Positions 1 to 9,528 of a stretch of 64,000 nucleotides of DNA are shown piece by piece. Within the stretch, counting starts at the first letter, position 1; every line of letters begins with the position of its first letter. Under the pieces are notes generated by a model. It made no database searches, was not told the DNA's origin, and saw nothing but the letters and a program-made list of their open reading frames with translations. The position numbers and the translations under genes were made by a program. This DNA comes from an uncultured Candidatus Rokubacteria bacterium (GTDB lineage: Bacteria; Methylomirabilota; Methylomirabilia; Rokubacteriales; CSP1-6), in assembly GCA_963754315.1 (NCBI GenBank), contig CAVWFS010000020.1:64001-128000 (forward strand), written 5' to 3'.

Positions 1-47
1 TTTTGCGCAGCATCGAGGTCTCACGACGCCATGCCGGGAGGAACCAG

Positions 48-1517
48 ATGAGCGCGCACCACCATACGCCCGAAGACATCCGCAAGAATCTCGACCACCC
101 CGTCATCGACGGCGACGGGCATTGGGTCGAGTACACCCCGGTCTTTGCCGAGAAAATCCGCAAGGTCACGGGCGATGTCGGCGCCAACGGGTTCTTGCAG
201 TCGCAGCGCCGCATACCGGATTCGCTCAGCCTGACCCTCGCGCAGCGCACCGAACGTGGCGTCGCGATGGAGGGGTTTTGGGGCCGGCAATCGACCAACA
301 CGCGCGACCGCGCGACGGCGATGATGCCCAAGATGCTATACGACCGGCTCGAGGAGCTCGGCATCGATTTCGGCATCGTCTACCCGACCGCCGGGCTCGG
401 CATCCCGCGCATCGCCGACGACGCGACCCGGCGCGCGGTGATCCGCGGCTTCAATATCGTCACCCATGACTACTTCAAGGACCTCACCGACAAGCTGACC
501 CCGGTCGCGGTGATCCCGGTGCACACGCCGGATGAGGCGCTCGAGGAATTGGAGTTCGTCACCACTCAGCTGGGCTCAAAGGTCTGCATGTTCGGCAGCG
601 GCGTGCGCCGGCCGATCCCGCACGCCAAGGGGGCCCCCGCCGACCTCGCCCGCTATGCCCAGAGCTTCGATCAACTCGGCCTCGACAGCGACTACGATTA
701 CGATCCGCTGTGGGAGAAATGCCGCGAGCTCGGCATTGCGCCGACCTTCCATACTGGCGGCCGCTCGTATGGCGAGCGCAACAGTCCGTCCAACTTCACC
801 TTCAACCATATCGGTCATTTCGCCGCGGCCGGCCACAACGTCGCCAAGGCTTTGTTCCTCGGCGGTGTGACCCGGCGCTTCCCCGATCTGCGTTTCGCGT
901 TCCTCGAAGGCGGCGTCGGCTGGGGCTGCCAGCTGTTCTGTGATCTGGTCGAGCATTGGGAGCGGCGCGGTGCCAAGGGTCTGCAGAACATGGACCCGAC
1001 CAAGCTCAATCGTCCGCTGCTGCGCGAGCTGGTTGACAAATACGGCTACGCCGAGATTGCCGCCGAGCTCGACAAGCGCGACGGCTGGCCGCTCGAAGAG
1101 GATTTCCTCACCGGTGGTATGCCACCCGACGACTACATCCACTGCAACATCACCCAGAAGCAGGACTGGATCGACCTCTACGCGACACCGTTCTATTTCG
1201 GCTGCGAGGCCGACGACCGGATGAACGCGGTGGCGTTCGGCAAGGCGATGCCGCTGGGGGCGCGGATCAACGCGATCTACAGCTCCGATATCAGCCATTT
1301 CGACGTCGTCGACATGCGCGACCCGCTGCCCGAAGCCTTCGAGCTGGTCGAGGGCGGCCATATCACCGAAGATGATTTCCGCGACTTCGTCTTCGCGAAT
1401 GCGGTGCGGCTGTGGGGTACGCAGAACCCGCGCTTCTTTGAGGGCACGGCGGTGGCCCGGGAAGCCGCGGCGTTGTTGAAGAGCGGCGCCTCGACCCTGC
1501 GCGACCCGGCGAAATAA
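48..1517 (+). CDS. Amidohydrolase family protein (Amidohydro_2-like)
   Basis: IDGDGH metal motif, PTFH, FAFLEGG and SSDISHFD motifs; GGAGG precedes ATG at 48. Confidence 0.85.
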   Translation: MSAHHHTPEDIRKNLDHPVIDGDGHWVEYTPVFAEKIRKVTGDVGANGFLQSQRRIPDSLSLTLAQRTERGVAMEGFWGRQSTNTRDRATAMMPKMLYDRLEELGIDFGIVYPTAGLGIPRIADDATRRAVIRGFNIVTHDYFKDLTDKLTPVAVIPVHTPDEALEELEFVTTQLGSKVCMFGSGVRRPIPHAKGAPADLARYAQSFDQLGLDSDYDYDPLWEKCRELGIAPTFHTGGRSYGERNSPSNFTFNHIGHFAAAGHNVAKALFLGGVTRRFPDLRFAFLEGGVGWGCQLFCDLVEHWERRGAKGLQNMDPTKLNRPLLRELVDKYGYAEIAAELDKRDGWPLEEDFLTGGMPPDDYIHCNITQKQDWIDLYATPFYFGCEADDRMNAVAFGKAMPLGARINAIYSSDISHFDVVDMRDPLPEAFELVEGGHITEDDFRDFVFANAVRLWGTQNPRFFEGTAVAREAAALLKSGASTLRDPAK

Positions 1518-1551
1518 CCGGAACGCGGGCGTTTCGCGCGCTCTTCAACGC

Positions 1552-1578
1552 TCATGGCCGGGTCACGCCCGGCCATGA
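1552..1578. repeat. 11-bp inverted repeat, REP-like or terminator hairpin
   Basis: TCATGGCCGGG-tcacg-CCCGGCCATGA between the two genes. Confidence 0.6.
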
Positions 1579-1600
1579 CGCTTTTGCTCGGGGAGCTGAC

Positions 1601-4600
1601 ATGAGGTGTCCCGCCTGCCAGCACGACAATCCTCCAGAGTCGACGATCTGCCTCGGTTGCGGCGAGCGCCTCACCCAGGGCTGTCCGGGATGCGGGGCCC
1701 TTCCGCCGGCCGACTCGCGGTTCTGCCACCGGTGCGGGACGCCCCTGCACCCGCTCCAGGGGCCTCGGCACCACGGCGGCGAGAGGATCTTCACCGCCGA
1801 GAGCTCGCGGGAAGGCGAGCGCAAGCACATCACGGTGCTCTTCGCGGACCTCAAGGGGTCGCTGGACCTGCTCGCCGACGTTGATCCCGAGGACGCGCGG
1901 AGGATCCTGGACCCGGTCCTCGAGCGGATGATGGACGCCGTGCATCGCTACGAGGGCACCGTGAACCAGGTGATGGGGGATGGCATCATGGCGCTCTTCG
2001 GGGCGCCGGTCGCTCACGAGGACCATGCGATCCGGGCATGTCATGCGGCGCTGCGAATGCAGGAGGCCTTGACACGGCACAGCGACGAAGTGCGGCGTGC
2101 TCACGATGTGCCCCTCCTGATCCGGGTCGGCCTGCACTCGGGCGAGGTTGTGGTCAGGTCGATCGAAAGCGACCTTCATATGGACTACACCGCCGTCGGG
2201 CAGACGACGCACATCGCCGCGCGGATGGAGCAACTGGCGCGGCCGGGTTCGGTGCTGATGACGGGCGAGACGCTCAAGCTCGCGGAAGGCTACGTGCAGG
2301 TGAAGCCGGTCGGGCAGGTGCCCGTCAAGGGGCTCCAGACGCCCATCAGCGTGTACGAGCTGACCGGCATCGACATGCCGCGATCCCGGCTGGAGGCGGT
2401 CGCCGCACGAGGTCTCACCCGCTTCGTCGGCCGCAGTGCGGAGCTCGAGCTGCTTCGGAACGCTCGGGACCGGGTCGCCGCGGGCCACGGCCAGGGCGTC
2501 GGGGTGGTGGGCGAGGCCGGCGTCGGAAAAACGCGACTCTGCTACGAGTTCATGCGCCAGTCCTCGACGGAAGGCTGGCTCGTTCTCGCGGCGAGCGCGA
2601 CATCGTACGGCAAGAGCACTCCATACCTGCCCGTCACCGATCTCCTGCGCACGTACTTCAACATCGACGACCGGGACGAGGTGGGCCGCATCCGCGAGAA
2701 GGTGACGGCCAAAGTCGTCGCGCTCGACGCGGAGCTCGAACCCCTGTTGCCCGCGTTCCTGACACTCCTCGACGTGCCGGTGGCCGGCCCCGATCCTGCC
2801 TGGACGCGGCTCGACCCTTCCCACCGTCGCGGGTGGATCCTCGGGGCCCTGAGACGCCTCTTCTTCAGCGAGGCGCGGGAACGACCGGTCTGTCTGGTCA
2901 TGGAGAACCTGCACTGGATGGATCTGGAGACGCTCGCCCTTCTCGAAAGCCTCGTGGAGGCGGTACCTGGCCATCGCCTTCTCCTGCTCGTCAACTACCG
3001 CCCGGAGTATCGCCACCCGTGGGGGTCGGTGGCCCATTTCATGGACCTGAGGATCGATCCGCTGCCGCCCGTGCTCGCCGCCGAGTTACTCCAGGCGCTC
3101 GTCGGGGCCGACCCGACTCTCCGACCACTCACGCAACTCCTCGTCGACCGGACGGACGGCAACCCGTTCTTCCTCGAGGAGATGGTGCGCAGCCTCGTCG
3201 AGACGGAAGCGCTCGTGGGCGCGCCGGGCGCGTACCGCCTCGTTCGGTCCGTGAGCACCGGTCAGGTGCCGGAGACCGTCAAGGCGGTCCTCGCGTCGCG
3301 CATCGACCGGCTGCCGCTCGAAGAGGAGCGGCTCTTGCAATGCGCTGCCGTGATCGGACGACGTGTCGACGCCGGCCTTCTGGGAGCGATCGCCGACCTC
3401 CCCGGTGACCAGCTTCGTGACGGGCTCGCGCACCTGCAGGCGGCCTCCTTCCTGTACGAGTCGTGCCGCTTCCCCGAGCAGGAATACGCCTTCAAGCATT
3501 CGCTCACCCACGACGTCGCGTATGGCAGCCTCCTGCACGCCCGGCAGCGCGCCCTGCACGCCCGGATCGTCGCCGCCATCGAGGCGCTCTACCCGGATCG
3601 GCTGGCCGAGCAGACGACGCGGCTGGCCCACCATGCCTTCCGCGGCGAGCTGTGGGACAAGTCCGTCCAGTACCTCCTGCGCGCCGGGCGGCGAGCCCTC
3701 TTCACGTCGGCCACCCGCGAGGCCGTCGAGAGCTTCGACCGGGCCCTGCTCGCGCTCCGTCGCGTGCCGCAGACTCCAGACACGCTCCGCATCGCCCTCG
3801 CCCTTCGCCTGAACCTCCGCGACGCTCTGTGGTCTCTCGGCGAGGTCGACAAGATCCGCGACGAGCTCGTCGAGGCGGAGGCGATCGCGCACCAGCTCGA
3901 TGACGTGCACGCCCTGGCGACGGTGGCCTGCTATCGGTGCCATTATCTGTGGGTCGTCGGAGAGCTGGACGCGGCCCTCGACGCGAGTGAACGGGCGCTG
4001 GCAATGGCCATCACGGTAGGCAACGCGGTGCTTCTGGCGGAGACGAAGCTGTACCGGGGCGTGGTGTTCCTCGCGCAGGGCGACAGCCAGCGCGCCGCCG
4101 ACCTCTTGTCGGACACGCTCCCGGAGCTGGATCGCCCCCCGGAAGGAAGACGGAGCACGGCCAACCGCGCCATCGCCATCCGCCTGCTCGTGCTCTCCTT
4201 CCTCGCCCGTTCGCTGGCCGAGCTCGGGCGCTTCGAGGAGGGCATTGCGTATGGCGAGCAGGCGCTACGCATCGCCGAGCCGAGCACGGCCTTTGGCCTG
4301 GCCACCGCCCTGGCGGGGCTGGGCGCGCTCCATGTGCGGAAGGCCGACGCGCCCGCGGCGATCCCCCTCCTCGAACGCGGCCTCGAGGTGTGCCGGACTT
4401 ACAACGTCAACAACTGGTTTCCCACCATCGCGGCATTGCTCGGGGCCGCCTATGCGCTCACCGGGCGCATCGAGGAGAGCGTGGCGCTGCTGGAGCAGGC
4501 TGTCGACCACGCTCGTGGCATGGGGATCGTGGCCACGCAGTCGCTATGGCGCACGTATCTCGCCGACGCCCACGCCAGGGCCGGGCGCTTCGTGGAGGCG

Positions 4601-4921
4601 CTCGCCGAAGCTCGTCGAGCACTGAGTGAGACTCGGACGCGGCTGGAGCACGGCAACGAGGCGTGGGCGCTGCACGCGTTGGCCGGGATCCTGGCCGGCA
4701 TCGAGTCGCCAGATTTGCGCCAGGCGCAGAATCACTTCCTCGAGGCCCTCCAGCTCGCCGAGCAGCGTGGGATGCGACCGCTCGTCGTCCGGTGCTGCCT
4801 CGGCCTCGCCCGGCTCCACGAGCGTACCGGCGACGCGACCGCGGCATTGGGCTACCGCGAGCGCGCCGGTCGTCTGGCCGACGAGCTCGGGATGTCCCTC
4901 GCCTCGCTCGAGCCCGCGTGA
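1601..4921 (+). CDS. Double zinc ribbon + class III nucleotidyl cyclase + STAND-like ATPase + TPR protein
   Basis: Four CxxC pairs; TVLFADLKGS and MGDGIMALFG; Walker A GEAGVGKT; GNPFFLEE; helical repeat C-terminus. Confidence 0.9.
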   Translation: MRCPACQHDNPPESTICLGCGERLTQGCPGCGALPPADSRFCHRCGTPLHPLQGPRHHGGERIFTAESSREGERKHITVLFADLKGSLDLLADVDPEDARRILDPVLERMMDAVHRYEGTVNQVMGDGIMALFGAPVAHEDHAIRACHAALRMQEALTRHSDEVRRAHDVPLLIRVGLHSGEVVVRSIESDLHMDYTAVGQTTHIAARMEQLARPGSVLMTGETLKLAEGYVQVKPVGQVPVKGLQTPISVYELTGIDMPRSRLEAVAARGLTRFVGRSAELELLRNARDRVAAGHGQGVGVVGEAGVGKTRLCYEFMRQSSTEGWLVLAASATSYGKSTPYLPVTDLLRTYFNIDDRDEVGRIREKVTAKVVALDAELEPLLPAFLTLLDVPVAGPDPAWTRLDPSHRRGWILGALRRLFFSEARERPVCLVMENLHWMDLETLALLESLVEAVPGHRLLLLVNYRPEYRHPWGSVAHFMDLRIDPLPPVLAAELLQALVGADPTLRPLTQLLVDRTDGNPFFLEEMVRSLVETEALVGAPGAYRLVRSVSTGQVPETVKAVLASRIDRLPLEEERLLQCAAVIGRRVDAGLLGAIADLPGDQLRDGLAHLQAASFLYESCRFPEQEYAFKHSLTHDVAYGSLLHARQRALHARIVAAIEALYPDRLAEQTTRLAHHAFRGELWDKSVQYLLRAGRRALFTSATREAVESFDRALLALRRVPQTPDTLRIALALRLNLRDALWSLGEVDKIRDELVEAEAIAHQLDDVHALATVACYRCHYLWVVGELDAALDASERALAMAITVGNAVLLAETKLYRGVVFLAQGDSQRAADLLSDTLPELDRPPEGRRSTANRAIAIRLLVLSFLARSLAELGRFEEGIAYGEQALRIAEPSTAFGLATALAGLGALHVRKADAPAAIPLLERGLEVCRTYNVNNWFPTIAALLGAAYALTGRIEESVALLEQAVDHARGMGIVATQSLWRTYLADAHARAGRFVEALAEARRALSETRTRLEHGNEAWALHALAGILAGIESPDLRQAQNHFLEALQLAEQRGMRPLVVRCCLGLARLHERTGDATAALGYRERAGRLADELGMSLASLEPA

Positions 4922-5464
4922 CACGACCGCGTCGCTCGCTCCTGTCCGTCGCCACATCTGAAGCGCTGCGTCGTCAAGGGTGGCCTCCATCGCCGTCGTC
5001 GGGGGATTTGGAGGCGCCTCGTGTGTTCAGCCTCGGAGACGTGTCAGCATCGGCATTGAATCCGATAGTTGCACGACACTGACGGTCCTTTTCGCCTAAA
5101 AGACCGAGACAATAGCGGCCGGCCTCGTGCACATCGAACGGCATCCTGCGCACGTCGTACGACCTGCAGTCGGGGCCCGGTTATGGCTAAGGACATGTGA
5201 CCTTTGCCCGCGTCTCCGTATGAAAGTCTTGGCGAGAAGCGTGATATCGTCAGAGCGCCTTCCATCAGGCTGTATGGTTGACGCGATGCGGCGTCCAGCC
5301 TCCTGGCATCTGGCCTGCCTCCCCCAAGAGCGACACCAGGGAGACCTCAGGATGCCAGACGCAGCCATCATCTGCGCAAAAGCCCGCGCGGCGATCCAAG
5401 TGGGAAAGTGTGCAGCCCGCCAACCCGATCGCGCTGAGGCACTACCCAAAAAGGAGCTCGGGCG

Positions 5465-6463
5465 ATGATCGGCCGGCGCGCGTTCGTGCACGGGTCGGCG
5501 GCCGTCGGCATGACACGGCTGCTCGGCGTGAGCTCGACCGAAGCCGAGCCGCCGCTCGAGACGACGACGCTCCGGATCGGCGATAGCTCGAGCCTCTGCG
5601 CGGCCCCGCAGTTCGTGGCAGAGGACCTGCTACGAGGTGAGGGGTTCACGAATGTGAAGTACGTCAAGTCGGCCGATATGGGAGCCGCGATGTGGCATGA
5701 CCTGGCTACCGGCCAGATCCACTTCACCACGGCGTTCAGTGGGCCGCTTCTCCTGCGCATCGACGCGCAGGATCCCATCGTCCTCCTGGCGGGAATCCAC
5801 GTAGGCTGCTTCGAGTTGTTCGGGACCCAGCGCATCCGCGCGGTCCGGGACCTCAAGGGCAAGACCGTCGCGATCTCGGCGTTGCAGAGCGCCGGCCACA
5901 TCTTCGTCTCGGCGATGGCGGCCCACGTCGGTCTCGACCCCCGGCGGGACATCGCGTGGGCCGTCCATTCCCCGGAGGACGGCAAACGCCTCCTGGCGGA
6001 GGGGAAGGTGGATGCCTACATCGCCTTTCCCCCCGACCCCCAGGAGCTTCGCTCGGCCGGGATCGGCCATGTTGTTGTCAATAGCGCGATGGACAAGCCC
6101 TGGTCGCAGTACTTCTGCTGCACGATGGTTGGCAACCGTGAGTTCGTCCGGAAGCACCCAGTCGCGACGAAGCGCGTCCTGCGGGCCTTCCTCAAGGCGA
6201 CGGACCTCTGTGCGAGTGAGCCCGAGCGGGTGGCGCGACTCCTCGTCGACAAGGGGTACGCGAAGCGGCACGACTACGCGCTCCAGGCCCTGCGCGACGT
6301 GCCGTGGAACCGGTGGCGTGACTACGACCCCGAGGACACCGTTCGCTTCTACGCCCTGCGGCTCCACGAGGCCGAGATGATCAAGTCGAGTCCGCAGAAG
6401 ATCATCGCGCAGGGCACGGACTGGCGCTTCCTCAACGAGCTGAAGAAAGAGTTGAAGGGATGA
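5465..6463 (+). CDS. NMT1/THI5/SsuA-like solute-binding protein, array copy 1
   Basis: Twin-Arg leader (IGRRAF), DLKGKTVA, HVGC, PWSQYFCC, C-terminal TDWRFLNELKKELKG. Confidence 0.85.
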   Translation: MIGRRAFVHGSAAVGMTRLLGVSSTEAEPPLETTTLRIGDSSSLCAAPQFVAEDLLRGEGFTNVKYVKSADMGAAMWHDLATGQIHFTTAFSGPLLLRIDAQDPIVLLAGIHVGCFELFGTQRIRAVRDLKGKTVAISALQSAGHIFVSAMAAHVGLDPRRDIAWAVHSPEDGKRLLAEGKVDAYIAFPPDPQELRSAGIGHVVVNSAMDKPWSQYFCCTMVGNREFVRKHPVATKRVLRAFLKATDLCASEPERVARLLVDKGYAKRHDYALQALRDVPWNRWRDYDPEDTVRFYALRLHEAEMIKSSPQKIIAQGTDWRFLNELKKELKG

Positions 6464-7455
6464 TCACCAGGCGCGACCTCCTGCGCGGTGTCACGGGAAC
6501 GGTAGGGCTGCTGGGATGGCCACCCGGACACGCCGCTGGGGAGCCGCCGCCGGAGACGACAAGGATCCGCGTGGTACGGAGCCCCGCGATTTGTATCTCC
6601 CCAGCTCTACGTAGCGGAAGAGCTGTTCCGGCTCGAGGGGTTCACCGACGTCGAGTACGTTGAGTTCAAGACGGGCAACCTCTTCACGCAGGCAGTCGGG
6701 CCGGCCAGGTGGACCTGGCTCTGAACTTCATCGGGCCCCTCGTGGTCAGTGTGGACGAGCGCGCGCCCGTCGTGATCCTGGCCGGGGTCCACGCCGGCTG
6801 CTTCGAGCTGTTTGGATCTGAGCGCGTCCGCGCGATCCGGGACCTGAAGGGGAAGACGGTCGCCATTCCAGGGAAGGGGGAGCCACAACACGTCTTCCTG
6901 GCCAGCATGCTCTCCTACGTGGGCATCGATCCTCGCGCGGACATCACCTGGGTCACTCACCCCTTCGCGGAGTCGGCGCGTCTCCTTGCGGAGGGCAAGA
7001 TCGATGGGTATCTTGGCATCGCCCCCGAACCCCAGGAGCTGCGAGCACGGAAGATCGGCCGGGTAGTCGTCGACAGTGCATCGGACCGGCCTTGGTCTCA
7101 GTACTTTTGCTGCATGGCATACGCGAACCGCGACTTCGTCCGCCGGTACCCCGCGGCGACGAGGCGGGCCCTGCGCGCCGTCCTCAAGGCCGCCGACCTC
7201 TGCGCGGCAGACCCCGCGGTAGCGGCGCAGAAGGTCGTGACCAAGGGCTACACGCGTGAGTACGACTATGCGTTCGAGCTGATCAAGAAGCTTCCGTACA
7301 ACCTGTGGCGGGCCCAGAACCCTGAGGATTCGCTGCGCTTCTACGCCCTCCGACTCCACGAGGCCGGGATGGTCAAGAGCAGCCCGCAGAAGATCATCGC
7401 GCAGGGCACGGACTGGCGCTTCCTCAACGAGCTGAAGAAGGAGTTGAAGGGATGA
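6460..7455 (+). CDS. Solute-binding protein, array copy 2, interrupted by two compensating frameshifts (about 6603 and 6700)
   Basis: ORFs 6460-6663 and 6709-7455 share a frame; the missing segment LYVAEELFRLEGFTDVEYV lies in the +1 frame; total length matches the paralogs. Confidence 0.8.
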
Positions 7456-8444
7456 TCACCAGGCGCGACCTCCTGCGCGGTGTCACGGGAACGGTAGGGT
7501 TGCTCGGATGGTCACCCGGACACGTCTCTGGGGAGCCGCCACCGGAGACGACGAGACTGAGGCTCTATCAGTCGCCGAGCCTCTGCCCGGCGCCCCAGTA
7601 CATCGTCAGGGAACTCCTGAAGGCCGAGGGCTTCAGCGACATTCAGTACGTCAAGACGCCCGTCGCGGGTATCTCGAAGATTCTGGCATCAGGGGAGGTC
7701 GATGTCTCCCTGCACTTCGTCGCGCCGCTAGTCATCCGGCTGGATGCCGGCGACCCGATCACGATCTTGGGCGGTGTCCACCCTGGCTGTTTCGAGCTGT
7801 TCGCGACGGACCGGGTTCGCGTGATCCGGGATCTCAAGGGGAAGACGATCGCGATCACCGAGCTGGGTCAACCCGCGCACGTCTTCCTCACCAGCATGCT
7901 AGCCCACGTCGGGCTGGATCCTAGCAAGGACGTCACCCTCGTCGAGCATCCCGCCGCGGAGTGCAAGCGCCTGCTCGCGGAGGGGAAGGTTGACGCCTAC
8001 CTCGCCTTTCCGCCGGACACGCAGGAGCTCCGCGCTAGGAAGGTCGGACACGTCGTCGTCAACAGCGCGGTCGACCGGCCGTGGTCGCAGTACTTTTGCT
8101 GCATGGCGACGGGTCATCGGGAGTTCGTTCGCAAACATCCGATCGCGACCAAGCGGGCGCTGCGGGCGATCTTGAAGGCTACCGACGTCTGCGCCCTCGA
8201 GCCTGAGCGGGCCGCGCGGGCTCTCGTCGACGGCGGCTTCACGCCACGCTACGACTATGCGCTCCAAACCATGAAGGAAGTCCCGTACAACAAGTGGCGC
8301 GTCTACGATCCGGAAGACTCGGTCCGCTTCTATACCCTCCGCCTCCGCGAGGCCGGCATGATCAAATCGGCGCCGCAGCGCCTCATCGCGCAGGGTACCG
8401 ACTGGCGCTTCCTGAACGAGTTGAAGAAAGAGCTCAAGGGATGA
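7452..8444 (+). CDS. Solute-binding protein, array copy 3
   Basis: Same motifs as copy 1; ATGA overlap with copy 2. Confidence 0.85.
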   Translation: MITRRDLLRGVTGTVGLLGWSPGHVSGEPPPETTRLRLYQSPSLCPAPQYIVRELLKAEGFSDIQYVKTPVAGISKILASGEVDVSLHFVAPLVIRLDAGDPITILGGVHPGCFELFATDRVRVIRDLKGKTIAITELGQPAHVFLTSMLAHVGLDPSKDVTLVEHPAAECKRLLAEGKVDAYLAFPPDTQELRARKVGHVVVNSAVDRPWSQYFCCMATGHREFVRKHPIATKRALRAILKATDVCALEPERAARALVDGGFTPRYDYALQTMKEVPYNKWRVYDPEDSVRFYTLRLREAGMIKSAPQRLIAQGTDWRFLNELKKELKG

Positions 8445-8539
8445 GACGACGCGAGCTGCCGCGGAGTGCGGGGGCGGCCGCCGCGGCGGCGGCGCTGACC
8501 GGGAGGTCCAGGGAGCTGAAGAAGGAGTTGAAGCGATGA
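8441..8539 (+). pseudogene. Collapsed 32-aa array unit (leader fused to tail)
   Basis: Translates MRRRELPRSAGAAAAAAALTGRSRELKKELKR; ATGA overlaps at both ends. Confidence 0.7.
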
Positions 8540-9528
8540 TCACCCGGCGCAAGTTCCTGACCGGCCTCACCGCAGCGGGAGGGTTCCCGGTGTCGACGCC
8601 GCGCTCGGCGGCCTCCCAGCCGTCCCCCGAGACGGGCACGATACGGGTGAGCAGCTCCATCGCCATCTGCACGGCCCCTCAGCTCGTGTCCGAAGATCTC
8701 CTGCGGGCCGAGGGCTTCACGGTCGTCCAGCACGGAGCACAGGCGACGATTGGCACGCTGGATGAGGTGGGGGCCGGCAAGGTCGACATCGGGATCAGTT
8801 TCATCGGGCCCACGATCGTCCAGATCGATGGCGGCCAGTCGATCACCGTCCTGGCCGGGGTCCATCCGGGGTGCTTCGAGCTGTTCGGCACCGATCGCGT
8901 GCGCTCGCTCAAGGACCTGAAGGGCAAGAGGATCGCCGTGGTCAGCCTCGGATCGAGCCCGCACATCTTCCTTTCCACCATGCTCGCCCACGTGGGGCTC
9001 GATCCCCGCAACGACGTCGAGTGGATCACCAAGCCGCGGCCGGAGTCGATCGAGCTCCTCCGGGAGGGCAAGGTTGACGCCTACATGGGGTTCCCGCCCG
9101 AGCCCCAGGAGCTGCGCGCCAGGAAGATCGGTCACTCGGTGGTGAACAGCGCGGCTGACCGGCCGTGGTCGCAGTATTTCTGCTGCATGGTCGCGGCCAA
9201 CCGCGACTTCGTGCGGAAGAACCCGGTCGCCACCAAGCGCGCCTTGCGCGCCTTCCTGAAGGCCACGGACATCTGTGCTCTCGAGCCCGAGCGCATCGCC
9301 AGGAGCCTCGTGGAGAAGAAGTTCACCCCGCGGGAGGACTACGCGCTGGCCACCCTCCGCGAGCTCCCCTATGCTCGCTGGCGCGAGTACAACCCCGAGG
9401 ACAGCGTCCGGTTCTACTCGCTCCGCCTGCGCGAGGCGGGCATGATCAAGTCGAGCCCGCAGAAGATCATCAGCCAGGGCACGGACTGGCGGTTCCTGAA
9501 CGAGCTGAAGAAGGAGCTGAAGGGATGA
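8536..9528 (+). CDS. Solute-binding protein, array copy 4
   Basis: ITRRKF leader, HPGC, PWSQYFCC, conserved tail. Confidence 0.85.
   Translation: MITRRKFLTGLTAAGGFPVSTPRSAASQPSPETGTIRVSSSIAICTAPQLVSEDLLRAEGFTVVQHGAQATIGTLDEVGAGKVDIGISFIGPTIVQIDGGQSITVLAGVHPGCFELFGTDRVRSLKDLKGKRIAVVSLGSSPHIFLSTMLAHVGLDPRNDVEWITKPRPESIELLREGKVDAYMGFPPEPQELRARKIGHSVVNSAADRPWSQYFCCMVAANRDFVRKNPVATKRALRAFLKATDICALEPERIARSLVEKKFTPREDYALATLRELPYARWREYNPEDSVRFYSLRLREAGMIKSSPQKIISQGTDWRFLNELKKELKG

Noticed and set aside
6661..6663. In-frame TGA in SBP copy 2 as a third selenocysteine
   Set aside because: It lies in the out-of-frame stretch between two compensating indels; the paralog-like sequence is in another frame and no Cys aligns there
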